NCBI RefSeq assembly: GCF_000829315.1
Contig: NZ_AP013028.1
Coordinates: forward strand, 1,050,001 to 1,082,000
Source: Wolbachia endosymbiont of Cimex lectularius
Lineage (GTDB): Bacteria; Pseudomonadota; Alphaproteobacteria; Rickettsiales; Anaplasmataceae
DNA: 32,000 nt
Direction of reading: 5' to 3'
Shown here piece after piece: positions 17,777 to 25,642 of this stretch. The translations under genes and the position numbers were made by a program. Each line of letters opens with the position of its first letter. The first letter of the stretch is position 1. The notes beneath the pieces are model-generated. The model had not been told where the DNA came from and did no database searches. It saw only the letters and a program-made list of their open reading frames with translations.

Positions 17777-18721
17777 CTATTCAACTTCATTCTGCAACTC
17801 TTTGATTTCACTAAGGGAAAGACCAGTAAACTTTACAATAGTGTCAACATCAACGTTGTTAGCCAACATTGCTTTTGCAACTTCAATTTTTCCTTCTTCT
17901 CTACCTTCTTTCCTACCTTCTTCTCTACCTTCTTTCCTGCCTTCTTTCCTACCTTCCTCTTTACCAATTTTGATGCCTTTTTCAGTGGCATCATCAAGTT
18001 TTTGAGCGAGGACAGCCTGCTCATCGCGAATACGCTTTATCTCCCGTTCATAGGCTATGAATTCTTTTTCTGACCAGTTGAATCTGTTTAGTTCTTCATA
18101 TGCTTTTTTTATTATTACATCACTTCCTGTTATTCTTTCCAATTCCTTTTCACCGGTTTCATCTGCATACTTAAAAAAATATATCCATTTCTCAACTATA
18201 TTCTCTAGCTGATCTTCTTTCGTCTTAGGAAATTTTGGTAGTTCAATAAATGTAAAATAAAAATCTTTTAAGTCATGCTCATTGGTATCCTCATCCCAAA
18301 TAGTGTGCTTTGATTTATACTCAGACTTATCAGGAAATAAGATACAATCTGCTATAGCAATAAAGATAATTTCTTTGAGGTCTTCATATTGATCACCTTT
18401 ATTAGCCTGTCTTGAATATGCCTTGGCAGCATAATATTGAGCACGTTTTTCAAAACCCTTAGCTTTAGCGACCTGCATTTCGACTATTATTTGCACTCCA
18501 TTTTCATCTCTACAGAGAACATCAACAATGCTTTGCTTTTTGGAGGCAATTTCAGCATCCATTATAGTACTGAGGAACTCTATTTCTTTTATTTCATCCT
18601 TGCCAGTAAAGCCCAAGATATCATTGAGAAAATGAATGAGGATGTCCTTATTTTTTTCAGTGCCAAAGATGCGCCGAAATGCTACATCGTTTTTAGGGTC
18701 GAGAAATTTAGAAAGAGCCAT
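17777..18721 (-). CDS. Rpn-family recombination-promoting nuclease / putative transposase (PD-(D/E)xK, YhgA-like)
   Basis: 314 aa. The family N-terminus is MALSKFLDPKNDVAFRRIFG..NKDILIHFLNDIL. The nuclease core is ..VDVLCRDENGVQIIVEMQV... The C-terminus has EG-rich repeats followed by ..IVKFTGLSLSEIKEL. Confidence 0.85.
   Translation of the reverse strand: MALSKFLDPKNDVAFRRIFGTEKNKDILIHFLNDILGFTGKDEIKEIEFLSTIMDAEIASKKQSIVDVLCRDENGVQIIVEMQVAKAKGFEKRAQYYAAKAYSRQANKGDQYEDLKEIIFIAIADCILFPDKSEYKSKHTIWDEDTNEHDLKDFYFTFIELPKFPKTKEDQLENIVEKWIYFFKYADETGEKELERITGSDVIIKKAYEELNRFNWSEKEFIAYEREIKRIRDEQAVLAQKLDDATEKGIKIGKEEGRKEGRKEGREEGRKEGREEGKIEVAKAMLANNVDVDTIVKFTGLSLSEIKELQNEVE
17892..17963. repeat. Six tandem 12-nt coding repeats (CCTTCTT[C/T][T/C]C[C/T]TA) inside the Rpn-like gene
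   Basis: Units start at 17892, 17904, 17916, 17928, 17940 and 17952. They encode (E/K)EGR x6 (GRKEGRKEGREEGRKEGREEGK) on the minus strand. Confidence 0.9.
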
Positions 18722-18808
18722 AATACTGAGATAAAGATTAATAATTATACACTATTATTAACAATTATTCAACTATATTTTTAGCTTACTATGGCTCAAT
18801 AAACTGTG

Positions 18809-19699
18809 TTAAACTGGCTGTTTTTTAGAAGAAGCCTCCTCCTTATTTACTCCTTTTGTTTCCGCTTCATTCATTTGAGTACTAGGCTTAAGTGCTAAAT
18901 ATGTCCCACCACTAACCGCTAATGCAGATGCTAGTGCTATACCAACCATTGTCCAAATATCTAGTCTAACTGTACGTTCAAGCGCAATAAATGCTGCCAA
19001 CCCAGCAGCGAGACCAAAGCCAAAAGCAGCAGTATACGTTGGAGCTTTTGATTGTTCAGTTGGTTGTTTTTTAGCTTCTAGTTCTTTCTTTTCCTTTTCT
19101 AGCTGCTGAACTTGAGAATTTAGTTTATTTATTCCTTCATCTTTAGCTTTCAAGTCTGCCTTTAACTTGCTAACTTCAGCATTTGATGGTTGAAGTTTTA
19201 GTTCTGTTATTTTCGCATCCTGAGCCTCTAATTGTTGCTGTAATTTCTCAACTTGGGTACTTAGTTCTTTTATTTGCTCTTTTTTCCCTATTAGCTCCTC
19301 AAATAGCGCGTTTCCGTTCAGCTTGTTTCTTATTTCTTCCCTTTTCTTATATAACCTGTTTAGTTCTTTTAGTGTTTCGAGACATATTCCATTTCTTAAA
19401 GATTCATCTATCGTGCCTAACTTCTGAGCTAGTTCTGCAATTTCTTGCTCTTCATTTTCCTCCTGGAACAACTGAGTTAGTTGCTGTACTTGATCTTCTA
19501 GGTGCTCAAGAAGAACATTGTTTAATTCTCCAGCTTTTTTCAATTGCTCACTTAAATCAGTATTATTATTGTATAGTCTGCTTAACTGTCTGTATGAGGT
19601 TTCTATTGCTGTATTAGCACGCAACAATTCATTTTGTAATTGTGATACTAACGTGTTTTCTGAGATAGAAAGATCAGATAGTGAGAGAGAATGACGCAT
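18809..19699 (-). CDS. Orphan coiled-coil protein with a C-terminal bilobed hydrophobic domain (two closely spaced TM helices)
   Basis: 296 aa. About 200 aa are heptad-rich (..LKELSTQVEKLQQQLEAQDAKITELKL..). Then come AAFGFGLAAGLAAFIAL - ERTVRLDIW - TMVGIALASALAVSGGTYLAL and a short polar tail. It overlaps the upstream ORF by 52 nt. Confidence 0.75.
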   Translation of the reverse strand: MRHSLSLSDLSISENTLVSQLQNELLRANTAIETSYRQLSRLYNNNTDLSEQLKKAGELNNVLLEHLEDQVQQLTQLFQEENEEQEIAELAQKLGTIDESLRNGICLETLKELNRLYKKREEIRNKLNGNALFEELIGKKEQIKELSTQVEKLQQQLEAQDAKITELKLQPSNAEVSKLKADLKAKDEGINKLNSQVQQLEKEKKELEAKKQPTEQSKAPTYTAAFGFGLAAGLAAFIALERTVRLDIWTMVGIALASALAVSGGTYLALKPSTQMNEAETKGVNKEEASSKKQPV

Positions 19700-20157
19700 A
19701 TATAGTTGTACATTATTTTGAGTACAAGACCGTCTTCGTTATCCTCATCGTCATCTGACAAACTCGCCTCAGACCGTTTGTCATCATCATCCTCCGAAGA
19801 GATTGTAGATTCATCATCGTCCCTCTCTTGTGATAGTAATGATGGCACGTTTTCTCTGAGATCCGAAGAGGGTCTAGGTAAAAGCACACTGTTTCCTGTT
19901 CCTGGGGCAGTTTGAGGAGAACCAAAAACAGAATTAGGTCGTTGAATAGGAGGATTAGTCAAAGATTGTGAGAAAGGAAAAGTAGTAGTATATGGTTGTT
20001 TACCAACTAGCGTATCATTCATACGATACGAGTTCTCAATGTTGTCACCCTCCTCCTTGCTTACCTCCACCATGCCTACATTTTCGTCTTGTAGAGTGGA
20101 AAGATGTATCGGCTGACTGCCTATTGCAACGTCAGGCTTTGTTATTTCGTGTGGCAT
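19648..20157 (-). CDS. Acidic, Ser/Pro-rich low-complexity protein; possibly the detached N-terminal part of the downstream coiled-coil gene
   Basis: The track ORF 19648..20169 starts at a TTG. The ATG at 20157 (MPHEITKP..) has GAGG 8 nt upstream. The sequence contains ..SSEDDDDKRSEASLSDDDEDNED... The last ~20 codons are the out-of-frame reading of the start of ORF 18809..19699. Confidence 0.6.
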   Translation of the reverse strand: MPHEITKPDVAIGSQPIHLSTLQDENVGMVEVSKEEGDNIENSYRMNDTLVGKQPYTTTFPFSQSLTNPPIQRPNSVFGSPQTAPGTGNSVLLPRPSSDLRENVPSLLSQERDDDESTISSEDDDDKRSEASLSDDDEDNEDGLVLKIMYNYICVILSHYLIFLSQKTR

Positions 20158-20295
20158 AATAAACCTCAATAATTAAATTAATATTATACACACCATAAAA
20201 TTTAAAGTCAAGTAATACTTATTATAACATACTCGTAGAATTTTGGCGTAGCCGTGTTTACTTAGTTGTGTTAACTTAGAACTTAACATTGGGGG

Positions 20296-22782
20296 ATGTT
20301 TATGTTAGAAGAAAAATACAGCTTTAAAGAAATTGAAGCCAAGTACAACATATTGTGGGAAAACAGCAAAATTTATAAATGGAGTGGTGAAAAGGATAAC
20401 ACTTTCACTATAGACACACCTCCACCGACGATATCGGGGAAATTGCATATCGGTCATATATTTAGCTATTGCCACACAGACTTCATTGCAAAGTTTCAGC
20501 GCATGCTGGGGAAAGATGTGTTTTATCCAATTGGGTTTGATGATAATGGGCTCCCTACTGAAAGATTGGTTGAACAAACCTATAAAACCCGTGCAAAGGA
20601 AGTTGGCAGAGAGAAATTTATAGAAATGTGCCACGAGGTTATTGAAAAATCAAAGCAGGAATTCAAGGAATTGTTTAAATCAGTTGGCATTAGCTATGAC
20701 TGGAGTTTGGAATATCACACGATCAGCAAGGAAACTGTGACGCTTTCTCAAATGTCATTTATTGACCTATATAACAAGGGGTATGCATACAGGAAGATGC
20801 AACCCATCCTTTGGGACCCGGTTGACAAAACCGCAATTGCGCAAGCAGAAATAGAGGATAAAGTCTTTGAGTCATCCTTAAACACAATAGTTTTTTCCAC
20901 TGAAGAAAATGAGCAGATCAAAATTGCAACTACGCGACCTGAGCTGCTTCCAGCATGCGTTGCAGTTTTTTGTCATCCAGAGGATGCGCGCTACATTCAT
21001 TTGATTGGAAAAACAGCTACAGTAGCAATAACAGGGGCAAAAGTTTCAATAATAGCTGATGATAAGGTCAAAATAGATAAAGGTACAGGACTGGTTATGT
21101 GCTGTACCTTCGGTGATGAGCTCGACATATACTGGCAGCAAAAGCATAACTTGCCGATGAAGATTATCATCGATCAGGATGGGAGGATAAGTCTAGATTC
21201 AGTGTGTGATAACAATAGATCCCAGTGTCAAGGCACTGGGATGACAAGTAGTGTACTAAATGGACTAAAGGTTAAAGAAGCAAGAAAGAGAATAATTGAA
21301 ATCCTGAGTGGAAAAGGACTTTTGATAGAGAGCACTAGCATTTCTCATTCTGTTAAGTGCGCAGAAAGATCTGGTGCACCACTTGAAATATTGCCTACTT
21401 ATCAATGGTTTATCAAGATCTTAGAGAAAAAAGCTAAAGTATTAGATAAAGTTAAGGAATGCAACTGGTATCCAGCTACTATGCGTAAACGCATGGAAGT
21501 GTGGATAGAAGGACTAAATTGGGACTGGTGCATCTCAAGGCAGCGTTATTTTGGTGTGCCATTTCCAGTGTGGTACTCAAAACGCAAAGGAGAAGAAGGC
21601 AAAATCATTCTAGCTGAAGTGAAGGATCTGCCTATAGATCCACTCAAGGATTTGCCAAAAGGGTATAGTAAGGAAGAAGTTATCCCGGATCAAGATGTGA
21701 TGGACACTTGGGCCACAAGTGCGATCACTCCCCAGCTAAGTGCACTGGCAGTAAACAATGAGTTTCACTTACCGAATCATCGCTATGACAAGATATTTCC
21801 TGCAGATCTGCGTAGCCAAAGCCATGAGATAATAAGAACTTGGGCTTTTTATACAATTTTGAAGGCACATTACCATGCAAACTCCCTGCCATGGAAAAAT
21901 ATCATGATCAGTGGTTGGTGTTTAGCTGATGATAAAAAAAAGATGAGTAAATCAAAAGGTAACGTCATCACTCCTCATGTAATACTTGAGACCTATGGGG
22001 CTGATGTAGTACGCTACTGGGCAGCAAACTCAAGGCTTGGAGTTGATACAGTTTACTCTGAAAATATATTCAGAATTGGTAAGCGCCTCGTTACAAAACT
22101 TTGGAATGCCAGCAAGTTTGTTTCCATGTTCATGGAAAAGCATCAAACAGTAAGCATAAATTCCATCAGTGAGACGATGGATAAATGGATATTGTCCAAG
22201 TTATACAAAGTGATAGATAGAGCAACGAACAACCTGTTGCAATTTGAATACTGCGAAGCTTTGGGGGCAATAGAGGAGTTTTTCTGGAAAGATTTTTGTG
22301 ATAACTACTTAGAGCTGGTGAAAAAACGTGCATATGGGGATGGGATAAACAGTGAAGCAAACTTGAGTGCTAAACAAAGTTTGGCATATGTATTAAACGT
22401 TATTTTGCGGTTATTTGCACCTTTTTTGCCGTACATTACGGAAGAGATATACCACCGGTTGTATAGCTATAATTCTGTGCATAATCAAAGCAATTGGCCA
22501 AGTAAAGAAGAACTTATCTATGATAAACATTCTGAAGAAATGGGAGACAATTCTGTGCAGATATTAAACCTTGTGAGGAAAATAAAGGCAGATAATAATA
22601 TGTCAGTTAAGCATTTGATAAAAAGATTGACAATAAAAGCGAACATACGAGAGGATAGGTTGAATCAATCTGCACAGGATGATTTGCAAACGGTTTGCAA
22701 TGCTGAAGTAATACAGTGGAGTGAGGATGTAACAGGATTTACAACTGAAAATGGAAAATTTACTGTAGGTGCAGAGTTATAA
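20296..22782 (+). CDS. valS: Valine--tRNA ligase
   Basis: 828 aa. The HIGH motif is PPTISGKLHIGH and the KMSKS motif is KKMSKSKGN. A class Ia editing domain lies between them. An alternative ATG is at 20302, with GGGGGA 5-6 nt upstream. Confidence 0.95.
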   Translation: MFMLEEKYSFKEIEAKYNILWENSKIYKWSGEKDNTFTIDTPPPTISGKLHIGHIFSYCHTDFIAKFQRMLGKDVFYPIGFDDNGLPTERLVEQTYKTRAKEVGREKFIEMCHEVIEKSKQEFKELFKSVGISYDWSLEYHTISKETVTLSQMSFIDLYNKGYAYRKMQPILWDPVDKTAIAQAEIEDKVFESSLNTIVFSTEENEQIKIATTRPELLPACVAVFCHPEDARYIHLIGKTATVAITGAKVSIIADDKVKIDKGTGLVMCCTFGDELDIYWQQKHNLPMKIIIDQDGRISLDSVCDNNRSQCQGTGMTSSVLNGLKVKEARKRIIEILSGKGLLIESTSISHSVKCAERSGAPLEILPTYQWFIKILEKKAKVLDKVKECNWYPATMRKRMEVWIEGLNWDWCISRQRYFGVPFPVWYSKRKGEEGKIILAEVKDLPIDPLKDLPKGYSKEEVIPDQDVMDTWATSAITPQLSALAVNNEFHLPNHRYDKIFPADLRSQSHEIIRTWAFYTILKAHYHANSLPWKNIMISGWCLADDKKKMSKSKGNVITPHVILETYGADVVRYWAANSRLGVDTVYSENIFRIGKRLVTKLWNASKFVSMFMEKHQTVSINSISETMDKWILSKLYKVIDRATNNLLQFEYCEALGAIEEFFWKDFCDNYLELVKKRAYGDGINSEANLSAKQSLAYVLNVILRLFAPFLPYITEEIYHRLYSYNSVHNQSNWPSKEELIYDKHSEEMGDNSVQILNLVRKIKADNNMSVKHLIKRLTIKANIREDRLNQSAQDDLQTVCNAEVIQWSEDVTGFTTENGKFTVGAEL

Positions 22783-22856
22783 TAAGCATTTTCTCCCGCA
22801 GGTAAGGGAATTTTAACAAGAATACACAACCATTATTGCCTTTTTATGGGAAAATA

Positions 22857-23741
22857 ATGAGTAACTTGTTTAAAAAAGCCAATTTACCTTATCTTGTAGC
22901 CAGTTCTTTAGCTACTCTTACGTTAATTTTATCCTTAGTGCTTGCTGTAACTTCTCAAGTACCTTTCCCTCTAATTCTTGCTTTAGCTACGTTGTCTGTT
23001 TTGGTGATTGCACTTTCGTGTAGAGCAATTAGTAGTAATAAGAGAATGGAGATTGAGAGAAGTAAATTTGCTGAAAAAGAGCAAAAGTTAGAAAATAAAA
23101 TATCTTTAGAAAAAGAAGCTGGAGAAGCTGCAAATAAAAAAGTAGGGGAGTTAAAGGACCGATTAAATGAATTAATGAAAGAGAAGCAAGGTTTAGAAAG
23201 CAAAATTGAAAGGTTAAATGAGGAAATAGTTCAGTTAAAGATACAGTTAGAATCAGAGGAGGAACTATATGATAAGTCGGAAGAGAAAGGGGAAGAGAAA
23301 AATGAAGAGTTAGAAAAAAAAATAACAAAAGAAATAGAGTATCTAAAGTCATGCCTCAATATGACAAGTCAAAGTGTTGATTTACATAAACAAAACGAAA
23401 AGCACTCATCTGAAAATTCTAATATTGATAGGGTTCTTTTTGATCAATTTCTAAAAGCGGAAAAGAAGCACAGTGGACATATTGACAATTTAGAGGAAAC
23501 GCTAAACATACTGGAACAAATTTTATTACAAGGAAATGTAGTGCAAAAAGCAGCTAACTCACTGGAAATAACAACTAAGGGTTTGAGTAGTGAACTTTTA
23601 TCAGAACTTAAAGGAACAGGTAAAAATACGTCTGCTAGCAAGCAGTTTCCGAAACCAAAACCACTACCAAATGAAACTTCACGTGTAGAAGAAGATCCTG
23701 GATATGTAAGTAGATGCTCTACCCCAGTTGGGCGCTACTAA
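22857..23741 (+). CDS. Orphan protein with an N-terminal bilobed hydrophobic domain followed by a coiled coil
   Basis: The track ORF starts at a TTG at 22836. The in-frame ATG at 22857 gives MSNLFKKANLPYLVASSLATLTLILSLVLAV - TSQVPFP - LILALATLSVLVIALSCRAI. About 120 aa of E/K-rich coiled coil follow, and the tail is Pro-rich (KPKPLPNE). Confidence 0.8.
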   Translation: MSNLFKKANLPYLVASSLATLTLILSLVLAVTSQVPFPLILALATLSVLVIALSCRAISSNKRMEIERSKFAEKEQKLENKISLEKEAGEAANKKVGELKDRLNELMKEKQGLESKIERLNEEIVQLKIQLESEEELYDKSEEKGEEKNEELEKKITKEIEYLKSCLNMTSQSVDLHKQNEKHSSENSNIDRVLFDQFLKAEKKHSGHIDNLEETLNILEQILLQGNVVQKAANSLEITTKGLSSELLSELKGTGKNTSASKQFPKPKPLPNETSRVEEDPGYVSRCSTPVGRY

Positions 23742-23876
23742 TGCTACTATGTATCGTACATTAGGCTAGATATACAGAACTTAAGTAAGATCTACTGTCT
23801 TTCTGGAGTAAAAAAAAGTTGCAAAATGCAATATTATTCTTACAGTCTACAAAAAGATTATGCAAGGAGGTATACG

Positions 23877-24557
23877 ATGAACCCAATAATATGCGCACTA
23901 GACACACAAGATTTGAATGAGGCTGTATCTTTAGCTAATGCTCTACGTGATAAAGTTGGCATGTTAAAACTGGGATTAGAATTTTTTGCTGCTCATGGTC
24001 CTTCTGGAGTGAGGGAAGTTGCAAAGTGTAATATACCAATTTTTTTAGATCTGAAACTGCATGATATTCCAAACACTGTAGCTAAAACAGTTGAGGCAAT
24101 CAAGGCTTTGGGTGTTGAAATATTAACATTGCATATAAGCGGTGGAGCAAAAATGCTTGAAGAAGCTTTAAGTGTAGTGAAAGATGCAAAAATGAAACTG
24201 ATCGGAGTAACCGTGCTAACTAGTATGGGCAATGAGGATTTAAATGAGCTTGGAGTGACAAAAGAGGTGAAATCACAGGTAATTTTACTTGCAAAGCTCG
24301 CAAAAAAGATTGGGCTACATGGAATAGTTTGCCCTGCACTGGAAGCTCAGGAAGTGCGCAAAGAGTGCGGTAAAGACTTTACAATTATTACTCCGGGAAT
24401 TCGTGTAGACTCTGGTCACGATGACCAAAAAAGAACAGCAACACCAAAAGAAGCAATAAGTTCAGGAGCTGATTATGTCGTAATTGGTAGGCCCATTACA
24501 AAAAGTGACAGTCCTGCAAATAGTGCGGAATTAATATGGGAATCACTCATTAATTGA
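23877..24557 (+). CDS. pyrF: Orotidine 5'-phosphate decarboxylase
   Basis: The track ORF starts at 23826. The ATG at 23877 is preceded by AAGGAGG (23864-23870) and gives MNPIICALDT... The catalytic motif is FLDLKLHDIPNT, and the C-terminal part has ..YVVIGRPIT... Confidence 0.93.
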   Translation: MNPIICALDTQDLNEAVSLANALRDKVGMLKLGLEFFAAHGPSGVREVAKCNIPIFLDLKLHDIPNTVAKTVEAIKALGVEILTLHISGGAKMLEEALSVVKDAKMKLIGVTVLTSMGNEDLNELGVTKEVKSQVILLAKLAKKIGLHGIVCPALEAQEVRKECGKDFTIITPGIRVDSGHDDQKRTATPKEAISSGADYVVIGRPITKSDSPANSAELIWESLIN

Positions 24558-24585
24558 GGTCGCAAAAAAAAATTTAAAAAAGTGC

Positions 24586-24614
24586 TTGACATGAAAAAAT
24601 AAACATTGTATAGT
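24586..24614 (+). promoter_or_regulatory. Strong promoter-like element downstream of pyrF, pointing at the IS left end
   Basis: TTGACA (24586-24591), a 17-nt spacer, TATAGT (24609-24614). It is followed by a perfect 8-bp palindrome, CACTTAAC-tta-GTTAAGTG (24639-24657). Confidence 0.5.
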
Positions 24615-24843
24615 ATTATCATCTTTCATATTTTTCCTCACTTAACTTAGTTAAGTGTTAAGTATTTAATAAGTTTGTGGTGTTACGTAAGTAGCACTAC
24701 ATGATTTTTCAGTTTATATTCTCAAAAATTAAGTTTTTTTCTATTTCATTGGATATACTCTATGATAAGAAAAATTTCTAAGAACCTGTTTAAAATCTTG
24801 GAAATGTGAGGTAAAGTAAGCATAGATTAATAATGAGGTGTCT

Positions 24844-25158
24844 ATGCAGAAAAGTTATCCAAGTAATATAAGTCAAGAGCAGTTTGAAAAAATCAGGCCA
24901 ATTTTGGAGAGTAGCAAGCAGAAAACAAAACCAAGAAAACTTGATTTGTATGACGTATTTTGTGGGGTGTTGTACGTCTTAAAAAGTGGTTGTCAGTGGA
25001 GGATGTTACCAAAGGGTTTTCCAAGATGGGAAAGCGTATATTACTATTTTCGAGTGTGGAGTAAAAAGAATGGAGAAGAGCCAAGCTTGTTGGAATTAGT
25101 CTTAAAAAAAATTAGTTGGAGAGGTCCGTATCAGCAATGGTCGGAAAGAGAAAACTAG
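24844..25158 (+). CDS. IS5-family transposase, N-terminal (DNA-binding) reading frame, copy 1
   Basis: MQKSYPSNISQEQFEKIRPIL...CQWRMLPKGFPRWESVYYYFRVW is a typical IS5-family N-terminal domain. The frame stops at 25156-25158. Confidence 0.85.
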   Translation: MQKSYPSNISQEQFEKIRPILESSKQKTKPRKLDLYDVFCGVLYVLKSGCQWRMLPKGFPRWESVYYYFRVWSKKNGEEPSLLELVLKKISWRGPYQQWSEREN

Positions 25159-25633
25159 CTTTTGTATAATTGATTCTCAAAGCGTTAAAAACGCAGATAC
25201 TGCTGAAAAAAAAGGCTATGATGCAGGTAAAAAGATTTCAGGGATAAAGCGCCATATTGCAGTTGATACACAAGGTTTGCCACATGCAATTTATGTAACA
25301 ACGGCAGAAGCAACTGACCGTAGCAGTGCTGTGAAAATGGTCGAAAATGCTAAAGCAAACCTCTCTGAAGTTAAAAACATACTGGTTGATGCTGGCTACA
25401 CAGGAGAAAATTTTGCAACACAAATAAAAGCTATCATTGGTGCGACTGTTGAAGTAATAAAGCGAAGTGAGTTACACACTTTCGTCGTATTGCCAAAAAG
25501 ATGGGTTGTTGAACGCTCTTTTGCCTGGTTAGAAAAGTGCAGGCGATTGTGGAAAAATTGCGAGCGGAAGCTCAACACTAGCTTACAGATGATAGTCCTC
25601 TCCTTCATTTCTCTCCTGTTACGAAGATTTTAA
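25106..25633 (+). CDS. IS5-family transposase, catalytic DDE reading frame, copy 1 (no start codon of its own; needs a frame change in the A8 tract at 25104-25111)
   Basis: The frame is open from 25106. It reads KKLVGEVRISNGRKEKTSFCIIDSQSVKNADTAEKKGYDAGKKISGIKRHIAVDTQG..., continuous through the second A8 tract (25206-25213) to the stop at 25631-25633. Confidence 0.8.
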   Translation, partial: KKLVGEVRISNGRKEKTSFCIIDSQSVKNADTAEKKGYDAGKKISGIKRHIAVDTQGLPHAIYVTTAEATDRSSAVKMVENAKANLSEVKNILVDAGYTGENFATQIKAIIGATVEVIKRSELHTFVVLPKRWVVERSFAWLEKCRRLWKNCERKLNTSLQMIVLSFISLLLRRF

Positions 25634-25642
25634 ACAGGTTCT

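Larger units (their letters stand above)
24782..25641 (+). mobile_element. IS5-family insertion sequence, copy 1 (860 bp; resembles the IS1031-group element known from Wolbachia as ISWpi1)
   Basis: The terminal inverted repeats are GAACCTGTTTAAAATCTT (left, 24782-) and its complement at the right end (-25641), matching 18/20. Flanks are TAA on the left and TCA on the right. The transposase has the DDE signature context HIAVDTQG / ILVDAGYTG / VVERSFAWLEKCRRL. The named-element assignment is from recall. Confidence 0.92.

Noticed and set aside
21931-21941. A8 tract in valS just before the KMSKS motif as a possible slippage or frameshift site
   Set aside because: The gene is in frame through the tract (DDKKKMSKSKG) and nothing suggests recoding. 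It is noted only as a potential mutational hotspot.
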